Shown piece by piece: positions 8,341 through 16,990 of a stretch of 64,000 nucleotides of DNA. Under the pieces are notes generated by a model. That model saw only the letters and a list, made by a program, of their open reading frames with translations. It was not told where the DNA came from and did not search any database. Every line of letters starts with the position of its first letter. The first letter of the stretch is position 1. A program made the translations under genes and the position numbers. The DNA comes from Candidatus Tenderia sp. (GTDB taxonomy: Bacteria > Pseudomonadota > Gammaproteobacteria > Tenderiales > Tenderiaceae): NCBI GenBank assembly GCA_031416075.1, contig JANOSY010000014.1, forward strand, positions 1 to 64,000, given 5' to 3'.

Positions 8341-9468
8341 TTATTTTTGAAATATATTTTGTTTTGACTTGCTAGGAGAGCATGGGGTTAATTGGTGTTG
8401 TAAAGAATCCTGACAGTGTGGGGTGCTGTGTGAAAAACTGCTGGGGGCGCGACGATAGTTATGCGCTGGGGCAGGTGCCGCGATACCAAGACGGAGGAGC
8501 AGCAACCCCTGATTGTTGTTTGATATTGCCTTCAGTAGTTGGCTGATTTTGCGACAGGCGGGTATTAGTGTGGGGTGGGGCTGTATAAATCTCAGCGAAA
8601 AAACACCAGCTGCGGCAAAAGGTTGCAGTGAGATTCCCTGTGCCGTGGCGCTTAGCCACGTGCGCTGCAGCGCTTGCCCTGCCCGGATGATGCTTGCCCG
8701 GTCTGTCTGTTCTACGCTGAGCAGGCAAAGAGCTGGCGACAGCAGGGTTGGCAGTACCGCCGAGCGGAAGCCGATGAGGTAGTTGCCCCCCAACCAGTTT
8801 AGCGCCTTCATCACAGGCCAGTGACGGAGTAGTTTGAATGCGAGGCGCAGGGGCGGTTCTATTGCGAGAGTGGCAGGAGCCAGGCCTTCTGTGCAGGAGG
8901 CTCTGTTTCCAACTTCAAAGCGGATGCTGGAGAAGAGTTCGTGATGAAGTTCTTTGTTGCTAAAGCGCAGGCTTTCGGCCAGCCACATGGCCTTGAGGGC
9001 GGCTTTGTAGTTTGGTGTGCCATCGATCCATATGAGTGTTACCCCCTGAATTTTCGCTGCTTCATCGCTGAGGAACTGTTCTGTGGCAGTGGTGATGGGG
9101 CCTTTCCAGGGGAAGCTGCGGTCTGTGTGACGTTCCGGAATGAATTGAGCCAGCGCCTCGTATTGTTTGGGAGCGGGGGAGAAGTTGATTCTGGCAGCCC
9201 AAAGCGGGGTTTGTTCTGGATCCGGCAGATACTCGATCTGGCTGTCGTAGCCGAATGAGTGGGCGCGCATGACGATGTTTTCGATGCAGGCGCCGATGGC
9301 AAGGTCGCTCAAGACGAAGCGTTGATCGGAGAAACCACCACTTCTGCTTTCGTCGATCCAGATTTCGAGGGCTTCGTTGTTCCAGCGGTAGAGCCAAGGC
9401 TGTGAGTTGTCTGCTGAGGGGGCGAGTATCGCTGCCTCTATGAGTAGTTGCCGGGTCTGTTCGTCCAT
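8341..9468 (-). CDS. Nitroreductase-family (Acg-like) FMN oxidoreductase
   Basis: AAILAPSADNSQPW, ERHTDR, AGQALQRTWLSATAQGISLQP, LLRLG motifs. Confidence 0.85.
   Translation of the reverse strand: MDEQTRQLLIEAAILAPSADNSQPWLYRWNNEALEIWIDESRSGGFSDQRFVLSDLAIGACIENIVMRAHSFGYDSQIEYLPDPEQTPLWAARINFSPAPKQYEALAQFIPERHTDRSFPWKGPITTATEQFLSDEAAKIQGVTLIWIDGTPNYKAALKAMWLAESLRFSNKELHHELFSSIRFEVGNRASCTEGLAPATLAIEPPLRLAFKLLRHWPVMKALNWLGGNYLIGFRSAVLPTLLSPALCLLSVEQTDRASIIRAGQALQRTWLSATAQGISLQPFAAAGVFSLRFIQPHPTLIPACRKISQLLKAISNNNQGLLLLRLGIAAPAPAHNYRRAPSSFSHSTPHCQDSLQHQLTPCSPSKSKQNIFQK
8399..8415. promoter_or_regulatory. TGT-N11-ACA enhancer (candidate PrsR / PEP-CTERM box)
   Basis: TGTAAAGAATCCTGACA about 85 bp upstream of the sigma-54 site; an IHF-like TAACAA-N4-TTA (minus strand, 8331-8343) lies between them. 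Confidence 0.7.
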
Positions 9469-9481
9469 GGTGGTTGTCGCT

Positions 9482-10354
9482 CTATTCGGGGGTTGCCAGC
9501 TTGCTCAGGATGCGGCGGGCAATCATCTTGGCGATGATAAGTGTTGGATTACGTACCCCACCAGGGCGCCAGGTGTGGACCAATTTGTTGCGATAAGCGT
9601 CAAACTGGAGTCCGTGGGGGGCGCTGCGGACGCCACCCCTGTTGAGCAGGATTTTGAGCGCTTCGGTGGCGGCCAGTCCGGCGCAGAGTTCGCAGGCCAT
9701 GGGGGTGGAGGGACCGCGGTGCTGCTCAAAGTCCACCGTGGATGGGTCGGCAAGGTAGGTGCGTTGTAACATTGCTGGGGAGAGGCCAACCAGAAAGTTG
9801 AGTAGCTGCTCCTTTTCTGGCAGCCCATCCAGGCGGAAGTACTCTTCAAAGGTCATTTTGCCGGGCAGAAAGTTGAGCAGTGCGGCCCCCATTCCTAGTG
9901 GTGCTGCGGTGATGGCGGGGATCTGTTTCTGGGCACATGCCTCAAACACCATGCGGCGGGCGGATATGGCAAAAAAGTCTAGTCCATCGACATACAGGTC
10001 GACCCCGGCCATGAATTCGTTGATATTGTCAGGCAAGACACCGCCTGCAAACCGGGTGATATTGAGCTCAGGATTGATATCCAGTGCCGCTTCTGCCATT
10101 GCATCAACCTTGGGGCGGTTGAGGTTGCTGATGTTCGCGCCCGCCTGCCGGTTGAAGTTGGCAAGTTCAAAATTGTCAAAATCGGCTATGTGAAAGTTGC
10201 CGATCCCAAGGCGTGTCAGTGTTAACAGATGGCTGCCACCAACGCCACCCATTCCGCCAATAGCGATACGTTTGTTGCGTAGGGTTTGCTGCTCTTCTGC
10301 GGTGACCCAGCCGGTATTGCGTGAAAATGCATGGGTATAGTCAAACAGGCTCAT
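9482..10354 (-). CDS. ThiF/E1-like adenylyltransferase (PEP-CTERM-associated type)
   Basis: GMGGVGG, DFDNFELANFNRQ, PKVD, VDGLD motifs; 4-nt overlap with the upstream acyltransferase. Confidence 0.9.
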   Translation of the reverse strand: MSLFDYTHAFSRNTGWVTAEEQQTLRNKRIAIGGMGGVGGSHLLTLTRLGIGNFHIADFDNFELANFNRQAGANISNLNRPKVDAMAEAALDINPELNITRFAGGVLPDNINEFMAGVDLYVDGLDFFAISARRMVFEACAQKQIPAITAAPLGMGAALLNFLPGKMTFEEYFRLDGLPEKEQLLNFLVGLSPAMLQRTYLADPSTVDFEQHRGPSTPMACELCAGLAATEALKILLNRGGVRSAPHGLQFDAYRNKLVHTWRPGGVRNPTLIIAKMIARRILSKLATPE

Positions 10355-11115
10355 TTTTGTGGGGTTGCCTGTTGGGATGTGATTTCCAGCTGGCGCTGAA
10401 TGTTGTGCAGCAGCTCAACCAGATCGGGTTTGAGGTTGCTGAATAGACTAGCGCGGCTGATGTAAAACGGCGCTCGTGTACCACGGTGCTCGATAGTATC
10501 GCCGGTCTGTTCAAACAGGATGCCAAAGCGGCGCAGTTGCCGCGCAAGGCGGGGTTCCATCATGGCAAATACACCGTCCAGTCCTTGGTTGAGGCCCATG
10601 GCGGTGATTGCGACGTAGAGTCCTAGCGCGACGGAGGGGAAGCGGCGGCGTGCATCATCGTCTTGGTTATCGATGGATTCGCTACCACCATCGGGGTATT
10701 GGGATTCGCCGCGACGGCGGCGGAAGTTTGCGGTGATGGCCAGTCGTGATATTTCACCATATTGGCTTCGTTCGTTGCCTGATGGGCCGTCGAACGCCCA
10801 TTTGAGCTTCTCATTGCAGGCATTTTCTAGTGGAAATTTGGCGTTAGGGTCATGGCTGTCGGCTAGGATCAGCCGAATGCAGCCAGCGTAGGTTTGGCTT
10901 GGCTTGTGGAATAGTAGGCAGTGGATTGAACGCAAGTCGTAATCGTCAAACTCCAGATGGTTGGCCCGTTGCGCCTCATACCCAAGCTCTTCGCAATAGA
11001 CCTGGTGGCGTATTGTATATACCTTTTTTATGAGGTCTTCGTTGCTGGCCGGGATGACACTGAAATAGCCATCAAAGAGTGTCGCAATGGTGGGTGCGGT
11101 CATGGTGATGTGCAA
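10351..11115 (-). CDS. PEP-CTERM/exosortase-associated acyltransferase (N-acyl amino acid synthase type), copy 1
   Basis: IRHQVYCEELGYE, EFDDYD, GCIRL, EISRLAI, FRRR, AMMEPRLARQL, EHRGTRAPF motifs. Confidence 0.88.
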   Translation of the reverse strand: MHITMTAPTIATLFDGYFSVIPASNEDLIKKVYTIRHQVYCEELGYEAQRANHLEFDDYDLRSIHCLLFHKPSQTYAGCIRLILADSHDPNAKFPLENACNEKLKWAFDGPSGNERSQYGEISRLAITANFRRRRGESQYPDGGSESIDNQDDDARRRFPSVALGLYVAITAMGLNQGLDGVFAMMEPRLARQLRRFGILFEQTGDTIEHRGTRAPFYISRASLFSNLKPDLVELLHNIQRQLEITSQQATPQK

Positions 11116-11349
11116 CTCTGCCTGCTGGTGATGGGTTAATAGAAGGTGGCTCGCGAAGAGTATATATTAAAAGTTTAAATAGGGGTGGTGTGGTAATTGC
11201 TCGCCGGTTTGGTGGGTTGCAGGGAGGGGGATTATTGGGTATATAATGCCCGGTGATTCAGGCGGTGTGGTTGTGTTAAGAGGGGGTCAGGATGATGTCT
11301 CGCTTTTCCGTGCTGCTAAATAATAGTCTCGTATAAAGGGAGTAATGGG

Positions 11350-12105
11350 GTGATTTTTGATGACCGTTATGAGGTCTTTCTTGCGGATACAAGGGAGGCA
11401 ATGAGCCTTCACTATCACTTGAGGTATCAGGTCTATCACGTTGAAACAGGTTGGGAGTCAGATAAACATCTGGTTGGCGGTAAGCTTGAACGAGATAAAT
11501 ATGATGCCTTTTCCAAGCATTTTCTGGTGCGTGATCGATTAACTCGTGAGTGGGCAGGGGGGATGCGTCTGGTTGTCTCGGGTTTTAATGAGTTGCCTCT
11601 GGCGCGGGTGAGTCAACTTGACCGCATTGCTGGCATCGAGTTTGATCAAAGCCATTGTGTTGAGGTTTCCCGTCTGTTTGTTTTGCCTGATTACCGCGGT
11701 GGCCGCCGTTATGGCGAGGTTTCCGCGGTGAAAAAACGTACGTCAGCCTCTTATTTTGAGGTAATGCTCGGACTGATCCGGGCTGCCCGTTCGTTTGGGT
11801 TACATAACGGTTTGAAAAGTTGGTACTTTTTGGTGGAGCCAGGGTTGGCTCGGAGTATCCAACGTTTAGGTATTGACCTTTTCTGCTGTGGTCCGGAGGT
11901 TGATTATCGTGGCATCAGGCGTCCCTACTATGGTGAGGTCTCCAGTTGCTTTGACCGCATATTGTCCGCTCCTTCTGAGCTGTCCATGATGTTTTCCCGC
12001 AAGGAGGCCTATCGGTCTTTTTCCCGTTCGTTCATTGAGCCTCCCAGCCTTGATGCTGTTAATGGTTGTTTTGGAGAGTTAAATTGTTCGGGTATGGGGG
12101 CTTGA
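11350..12105 (+). CDS. PEP-CTERM/exosortase-associated acyltransferase, copy 2 (divergent)
   Basis: LRYQVY, ERDKYD, GGMRL, EVSRL, VEPGLAR, YRGIRRPY motifs; GTG start after gggag. Confidence 0.82.
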   Translation: MIFDDRYEVFLADTREAMSLHYHLRYQVYHVETGWESDKHLVGGKLERDKYDAFSKHFLVRDRLTREWAGGMRLVVSGFNELPLARVSQLDRIAGIEFDQSHCVEVSRLFVLPDYRGGRRYGEVSAVKKRTSASYFEVMLGLIRAARSFGLHNGLKSWYFLVEPGLARSIQRLGIDLFCCGPEVDYRGIRRPYYGEVSSCFDRILSAPSELSMMFSRKEAYRSFSRSFIEPPSLDAVNGCFGELNCSGMGA

Positions 12106-12214
12106 ATGTATCCGTACGGAAATAGGTAACCTATATTTGTCTCTGTGTATATGGGGGCTGCTGCGGCGAGAATTAAAGGGAGACGGAGTTTATCTTCCCT
12201 ATTCATGGATGGTT

Positions 12215-12233
12215 GCAAACTGTTACAATTTGC
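12215..12233 (+). promoter_or_regulatory. Palindrome overlapping an extended -10 (TGnTACAAT) upstream of the EPS export operon
   Basis: GCAAACTGTTACAATTTGC is a near-perfect dyad; TGTTACAAT at 12221-12229. Confidence 0.4.
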
Positions 12234-12314
12234 GGCTAAAAACAATTAGTTGTTAAAGTACTCTCCCGGTTTGTCGAAAACACATTGAACGTGTCTGTGT
12301 ATAAGGAAAACAAC

Positions 12315-12944
12315 GTGCAAAATTACCGTCACAAGGCTATGGCCTGTATCTTTTGTTTGGTTGTTGGCGTCTGGGGACTAAGTGGCTGTGCTACCACTGG
12401 CGTGCCCTTGATGGATGAAGAGTTAAGCAAGGTTAATGATTACAACTATATTATTGGGCCGGGTGATAATGTCAATATCTTTGTCTGGCGCAATCAAGAG
12501 GTCTCCATGTCCGTGCCGGTTCGCCCTGACGGCAAGATCACCACACCTTTGGTGGAGGATTTGCAGGCCAGTGGTAAAACCCCCGCAGCGCTTGCGCGTG
12601 ATATAGAAAAAGTACTCTCTGCGTATATTAAGGACCCGGCGGTGACTGTGATAGTGACGGGGTTTATTGGCCCTTACGATCAGCAGGTCCGTGTTGTGGG
12701 TGAGGCGACTAAACCGCAGGCGCTGGCTTACCGGACACGCATGACGTTGCTTGACGTTATGATTGCGGTGGGTGGTTTAACTGAGTTTGCAGCAGGTAAT
12801 CGTACAACGTTGGTGCGTCGTATTAATGGCCAGGAGCAGAAGTATCAGGTCCGTGTTAATGATCTGATTAAGGACGGGGATATAGGTGCCAATGTTTATA
12901 TGTTGCCCGGTGATGTATTAATCATTCCGGAATCATGGCTCTAG
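12315..12944 (+). CDS. XrtA-system polysaccharide export lipoprotein (Wza/OPX family)
   Basis: Lipobox LSGC; YIIGPGD, VRPDGKITTPL, GGLTEFA, PGDVLIIPES; likely GTG start at 12315 after aagga. Confidence 0.92.
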   Translation: MQNYRHKAMACIFCLVVGVWGLSGCATTGVPLMDEELSKVNDYNYIIGPGDNVNIFVWRNQEVSMSVPVRPDGKITTPLVEDLQASGKTPAALARDIEKVLSAYIKDPAVTVIVTGFIGPYDQQVRVVGEATKPQALAYRTRMTLLDVMIAVGGLTEFAAGNRTTLVRRINGQEQKYQVRVNDLIKDGDIGANVYMLPGDVLIIPESWL

Positions 12945-12987
12945 TGCCGCTAAGACTAAAGATTGACGTGGGCACCTAGAGGGGCGT

Positions 12988-14565
12988 ATGCAGGAAATTC
13001 TGGTCCAAATGTATGGTTACCTCCGTGGTATCTGGCGGAGACGTTGGCCGATGTTGCTCATGGCATGGTTTGTTTGTCTTATTGGCTGGGGCTTTGTACT
13101 GAAAATGCCCGATCAATACGAGGCATCGGCAAAGGTATATGTCGATACCGGCTCGATGTTGCAACCATTGCTGCGTGGCATTGCTGTTGAAAGCAATATG
13201 GGTGAGCAGATTGAGTTGATCACCAAAACACTCTTTTCCCGCCCCAACCTTGAGCAGGTTGCACGTATGACAGATCTGGACCTGCAGGCAAAAAATGAGT
13301 TAGAGAATGATGAGCTGCTGGAGTCTATTAAGAAACGGGTGACTCTGGATGGTGGCGGGCGGCAGAATATATTCACTATTGGTTATGTTGATGAAAACCC
13401 TGAGATGGCCAAAAAGGTAGTTCAGGCGTTTTTGACGATTTTTGTGGAGAGTTCTTTAGGTACCACGCGCAAAGATGGTGACGTTGCCCAAAAGTTTATT
13501 GATGCTCAAATTCAGGAGTATGAAACCCGTTTGTTGGAGGCGGAAGATCGGGTTAAGGAGTTTAAACAGAAGAATGTCGGCATGGTGCCTGCGACATCAG
13601 GTGGGGACTATTTTTCCAGACTGACCGCTGAGCGGGCCAGTTATGATGCGGCGCTGCAACGGCTGGAAGAGGTAATGAGGCGCCGTGATGAGATTAAACG
13701 CCAGATCCTGGGCGAGGAGCCTACTTTTGGGCTGGCACCTTCGGCCAATATTTTCTCGGGAGGGGTCTCCCATCCGCTGGATGGGCGGATCGCCGAGATG
13801 GAAAAACAGATAGATGAGCTGCTATTAAAATATACCAGTAAGCACCCGGATGTGGTGTCACTGAAAGATACGGTACAGCGTTTAAAGCAGCAGCGTCAGC
13901 GTGAGCTGGATGAGGCGAGAAAAAAGATGCCGGAGTTGATGGATGCGGGGCCAGCACTGCAACAGAATCCGGTGTATCAACAGATGAAAATATCCCTGGG
14001 GCAGGCGGAGGCGGAGGCGGCATCTCTTAATGTGCGTGTCAGACAGGCTCGTGAGTCTCTGGCTCAACTGGAGCGTTTGGTTGATACCATTCCGTCAGTA
14101 GAGGCAGAGTTCCAGCGTCTTAATCGAGATTACAGCATTGTTAAATCCAATTATGAGCAACTGCTCTCCCGGCGTGAATCGGCACGTGTGGGGCAGGATG
14201 CTGAAGCGTCAGGGGACAGTGTTAAATTTAAGGTGGTTGACCCACCACGTGTGCCGCTGGAGCCAACAGGGCCAAATCGTAGGTTATTTGTAAGTGTGGT
14301 GCTGCTGGTTGGTTTAGGGGCTGGCATTGGATTGGCGCTGTTTATGTCTCAGGTAAAACAGACGTTTGATACACGAGCGACTCTGCGAGAGGCAACGGGC
14401 TTGCCGGTGCTTGGCAGTGTCTCAATGGAGTGGACTCCGGCGCAGCGAATGCGTTTGCGAATTGAAACAGCCGTGTTTATGGGTGTTAGCTCATTTCTCC
14501 TGCTAGTGTTTGTAGTGGTCCTATTGTTGCAGGAGAAGCTTGCGGGCTTAGTGGGGCGGATATGA
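12988..14565 (+). CDS. XrtA-system polysaccharide chain-length determinant (Wzc membrane part)
   Basis: Two TM helices flanking a coiled coil; YTSKHPDV, LNRDY, VVDPPRVP, GLPVLG motifs. Confidence 0.92.
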   Translation: MQEILVQMYGYLRGIWRRRWPMLLMAWFVCLIGWGFVLKMPDQYEASAKVYVDTGSMLQPLLRGIAVESNMGEQIELITKTLFSRPNLEQVARMTDLDLQAKNELENDELLESIKKRVTLDGGGRQNIFTIGYVDENPEMAKKVVQAFLTIFVESSLGTTRKDGDVAQKFIDAQIQEYETRLLEAEDRVKEFKQKNVGMVPATSGGDYFSRLTAERASYDAALQRLEEVMRRRDEIKRQILGEEPTFGLAPSANIFSGGVSHPLDGRIAEMEKQIDELLLKYTSKHPDVVSLKDTVQRLKQQRQRELDEARKKMPELMDAGPALQQNPVYQQMKISLGQAEAEAASLNVRVRQARESLAQLERLVDTIPSVEAEFQRLNRDYSIVKSNYEQLLSRRESARVGQDAEASGDSVKFKVVDPPRVPLEPTGPNRRLFVSVVLLVGLGAGIGLALFMSQVKQTFDTRATLREATGLPVLGSVSMEWTPAQRMRLRIETAVFMGVSSFLLLVFVVVLLLQEKLAGLVGRI

Positions 14566-15479
14566 GCACGATAGAAAAGGCACTGGAAAAACTCAGGCAA
14601 AGTTCCGGCCAGCTAGCCGGCAAGGTGGCGGCTACCCCAGCAAAAGCAGCCGGTGCCCCAGCGGTTATGCCAGATCCGTCTGGTAACAGCGCTTCAGCTC
14701 AGCACTCTGCCGAAACTGCACCATCTAGCAGTGCAGCGAAGAATAGTCATCGGATGGTATTGGATCTGCTTCGACTTGAGAAAATGGGATTTCTTACGCC
14801 GGAGTCTGGCAGGAGTCAGCTTGCCGAGGAGATGCGCCATATTAAACGTCCGTTATTGTTGAACGCGTTTGGTGATCATGTCGACTTTGGCAGCAATAAT
14901 CTCAATCTAATTATGGTTACCAGCTCGAGGCCGGGGGAGGGGAAGACCTATACCTCGTTAAATCTGGCGATGAGCATTGCTAAAGAGCGTGATAAAACGG
15001 TGTTGTTGGTTGATGCGGATGTTGCCAAGCCGGGTGTCACGCGTGTTTTGAATATGGAATCAGCCAAGGGTCTGGTTGACTATTTGCTCGATGATACCTT
15101 GTCTATTCCTGATGTTATGATGCGAACCAACGTCCCTAATCTGCGATTTATTCCCGCGGGCAAGCGACATATTCACTCGACTGAGTTGCTTACGAGTGAA
15201 AACATGAAACAGCTGACGGAGGAGTTGGCCACACGTTATCCTGATCGTGTTGTGATTTTTGATTCCCCTCCATTATTGGCCACCAGCGAGGCATCGGTGG
15301 TGGCGGAGCTGGTGGGGCAGATTGTCATGGTGGTTGAGGCGGAGCAGACCTCTAGTGACGAGGTGCGGGAGGCGCTGAGTCTCATTGCGGAAAATAAGGT
15401 ACTGGGGTTGATATTAAACAAGGCCCGTGGCTCATTTGGCACCGATTATTACGGCTATTACGGTAAGTACGGTGAGTGA
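14562..15479 (+). CDS. XrtA-associated tyrosine autokinase (BY-kinase)
   Basis: Walker A PGEGKT, LLVDAD, IFDSPP; C-terminal Tyr cluster DYYGYYGKY. Confidence 0.93.
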   Translation: MSTIEKALEKLRQSSGQLAGKVAATPAKAAGAPAVMPDPSGNSASAQHSAETAPSSSAAKNSHRMVLDLLRLEKMGFLTPESGRSQLAEEMRHIKRPLLLNAFGDHVDFGSNNLNLIMVTSSRPGEGKTYTSLNLAMSIAKERDKTVLLVDADVAKPGVTRVLNMESAKGLVDYLLDDTLSIPDVMMRTNVPNLRFIPAGKRHIHSTELLTSENMKQLTEELATRYPDRVVIFDSPPLLATSEASVVAELVGQIVMVVEAEQTSSDEVREALSLIAENKVLGLILNKARGSFGTDYYGYYGKYGE

Positions 15480-15488
15480 AAAGTTGAG

Positions 15489-16988
15489 TTGCCTGTGATG
15501 GGGACGTGGGATAAACCAGGATGGTTTTTGGCATTGTGTGTTGTAGGGTTGGCGCACGGTGAAACTGCGCTTGCTATTGAGTGGCAGGTCGCACCGCAGG
15601 TTGACGTTGCTGAAACTTACAGTGACAACATCACTCTGGCACCTGATACCGCTATTGCCAGTGAGGATTATGTTACTCAGATAGCGCCAAGTATAGCTGT
15701 TAAGGGTAAGGGGAGCAGGCTAACCTTGGACTCCCGTTATACGTTACAAAATCTCTATTACGCTAAGGACTCTGACCGTAATCAGAGCCATAATCAATTT
15801 CATTTGGCGACGGACGCAGAGTTAATTGATCAGTTTTTTTATCTCTCTGCCAGCGCTCAAATTGTCCAGCAGCAGTTAACGGCAGGCGGTGTAGTGGCGG
15901 ACAATCTGAACGTTAACTCCGGGCGTGGTGATGTGGTGACCACTCGTATTGAACCTAGAATCAAGCGTAGGCTGGGCAAGTTTGTTGAGTTTGATCTCTC
16001 TTATTCAGAGGGGCGGATTAATTATGACAGTGACTCCATTGCTGATGGGCGACTAGAGGAGACTAAGTTGTTGCTGGGACGTAGCCAGGATTCAACAAAG
16101 CTGGATTGGCAGCTAAGGTACAGTCAATCAGAGCAGTGGGTGACGGATACATTGAGTGTTGAGCGCCAACAGAGCGCGGCTACATTTCGATATCCTGCCT
16201 TTGACTCTGTCAGTCTGGTTGCTAATGGTGGTCGGGAGGAGGGCCGTATTAGTAACTCCAGAAACTATCAAGAGGGCGCTTACTGGAGCGCAGGTCTTCG
16301 TTGGGATCCATCGCCCCACTTTTCACTGGAGGCAGCGAGTGGTGACAAGGATCAGCAGGCGCGCTTGTCGTGGATCCCAAGTATTAGAACCTCCGTGAAT
16401 GTCAGTTATTTGAATCGTGATGTTGGTGTGCGTGTCAGTGATATCTGGACCGCCACATTTCAACACACAACACGCCGCACACGCTGGCTGTTTACCCGCT
16501 TTAAAGAGATAACAAACGATGCCACTCTGGCGATTGTGGATGTTAATGGCGATCTGATTCGTGGAGAGAGTTATTTGAGGATTATTAGTTACTTTGGCAT
16601 TACAGAAGAGAGTTTTGCCCGCACCAGCAGTGAGGGGAGCGTGATGTATGGGGCTAGAAGAAATGACTTTAGCTTAGGGATCAATAGTGAACAACGTGAC
16701 TATCAGTTGAGTGGTCGTCAGTCTCAGTTGCATGGTGGCTATCTGGGGTGGGGATTTAAGTTGTCAGCCAAAGCCAGCTCGGATTTGAAATACCGCGTGG
16801 ATCGCTCCACGGGAAATAGTGGTGGTAATGACATTGAGACAGTGAGTCTGGCGTGGTCACTGAAGCGTTCATTTGGAAAACAGATCAGCGCCGGGCTTGA
16901 AATGAGAACAATTGAGATTGATGGTGGTGTGGCAAACGTAAACCGCAGCGAAAACCGTCTCTCTGCTAATGCAAGAGTGATTTTCTGA
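15489..16988 (+). CDS. PEP-CTERM system outer-membrane beta-barrel protein (TIGR03016-like)
   Basis: Signal peptide; ETYSDN, amphipathic beta strands, terminal ENR...F; conserved position after the kinase. Confidence 0.85.
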   Translation: MPVMGTWDKPGWFLALCVVGLAHGETALAIEWQVAPQVDVAETYSDNITLAPDTAIASEDYVTQIAPSIAVKGKGSRLTLDSRYTLQNLYYAKDSDRNQSHNQFHLATDAELIDQFFYLSASAQIVQQQLTAGGVVADNLNVNSGRGDVVTTRIEPRIKRRLGKFVEFDLSYSEGRINYDSDSIADGRLEETKLLLGRSQDSTKLDWQLRYSQSEQWVTDTLSVERQQSAATFRYPAFDSVSLVANGGREEGRISNSRNYQEGAYWSAGLRWDPSPHFSLEAASGDKDQQARLSWIPSIRTSVNVSYLNRDVGVRVSDIWTATFQHTTRRTRWLFTRFKEITNDATLAIVDVNGDLIRGESYLRIISYFGITEESFARTSSEGSVMYGARRNDFSLGINSEQRDYQLSGRQSQLHGGYLGWGFKLSAKASSDLKYRVDRSTGNSGGNDIETVSLAWSLKRSFGKQISAGLEMRTIEIDGGVANVNRSENRLSANARVIF

Positions 16989-16990
16989 TT

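Noticed and set aside
9482-10354. ThiF + nitroreductase read as a RiPP (microcin C or azole) pathway or ubiquitin-like defence system
   Set aside because: No precursor peptide, YcaO, E2 or JAB gene nearby; coupling to an N-acyl amino acid synthase fits the OxzAB analogy better.
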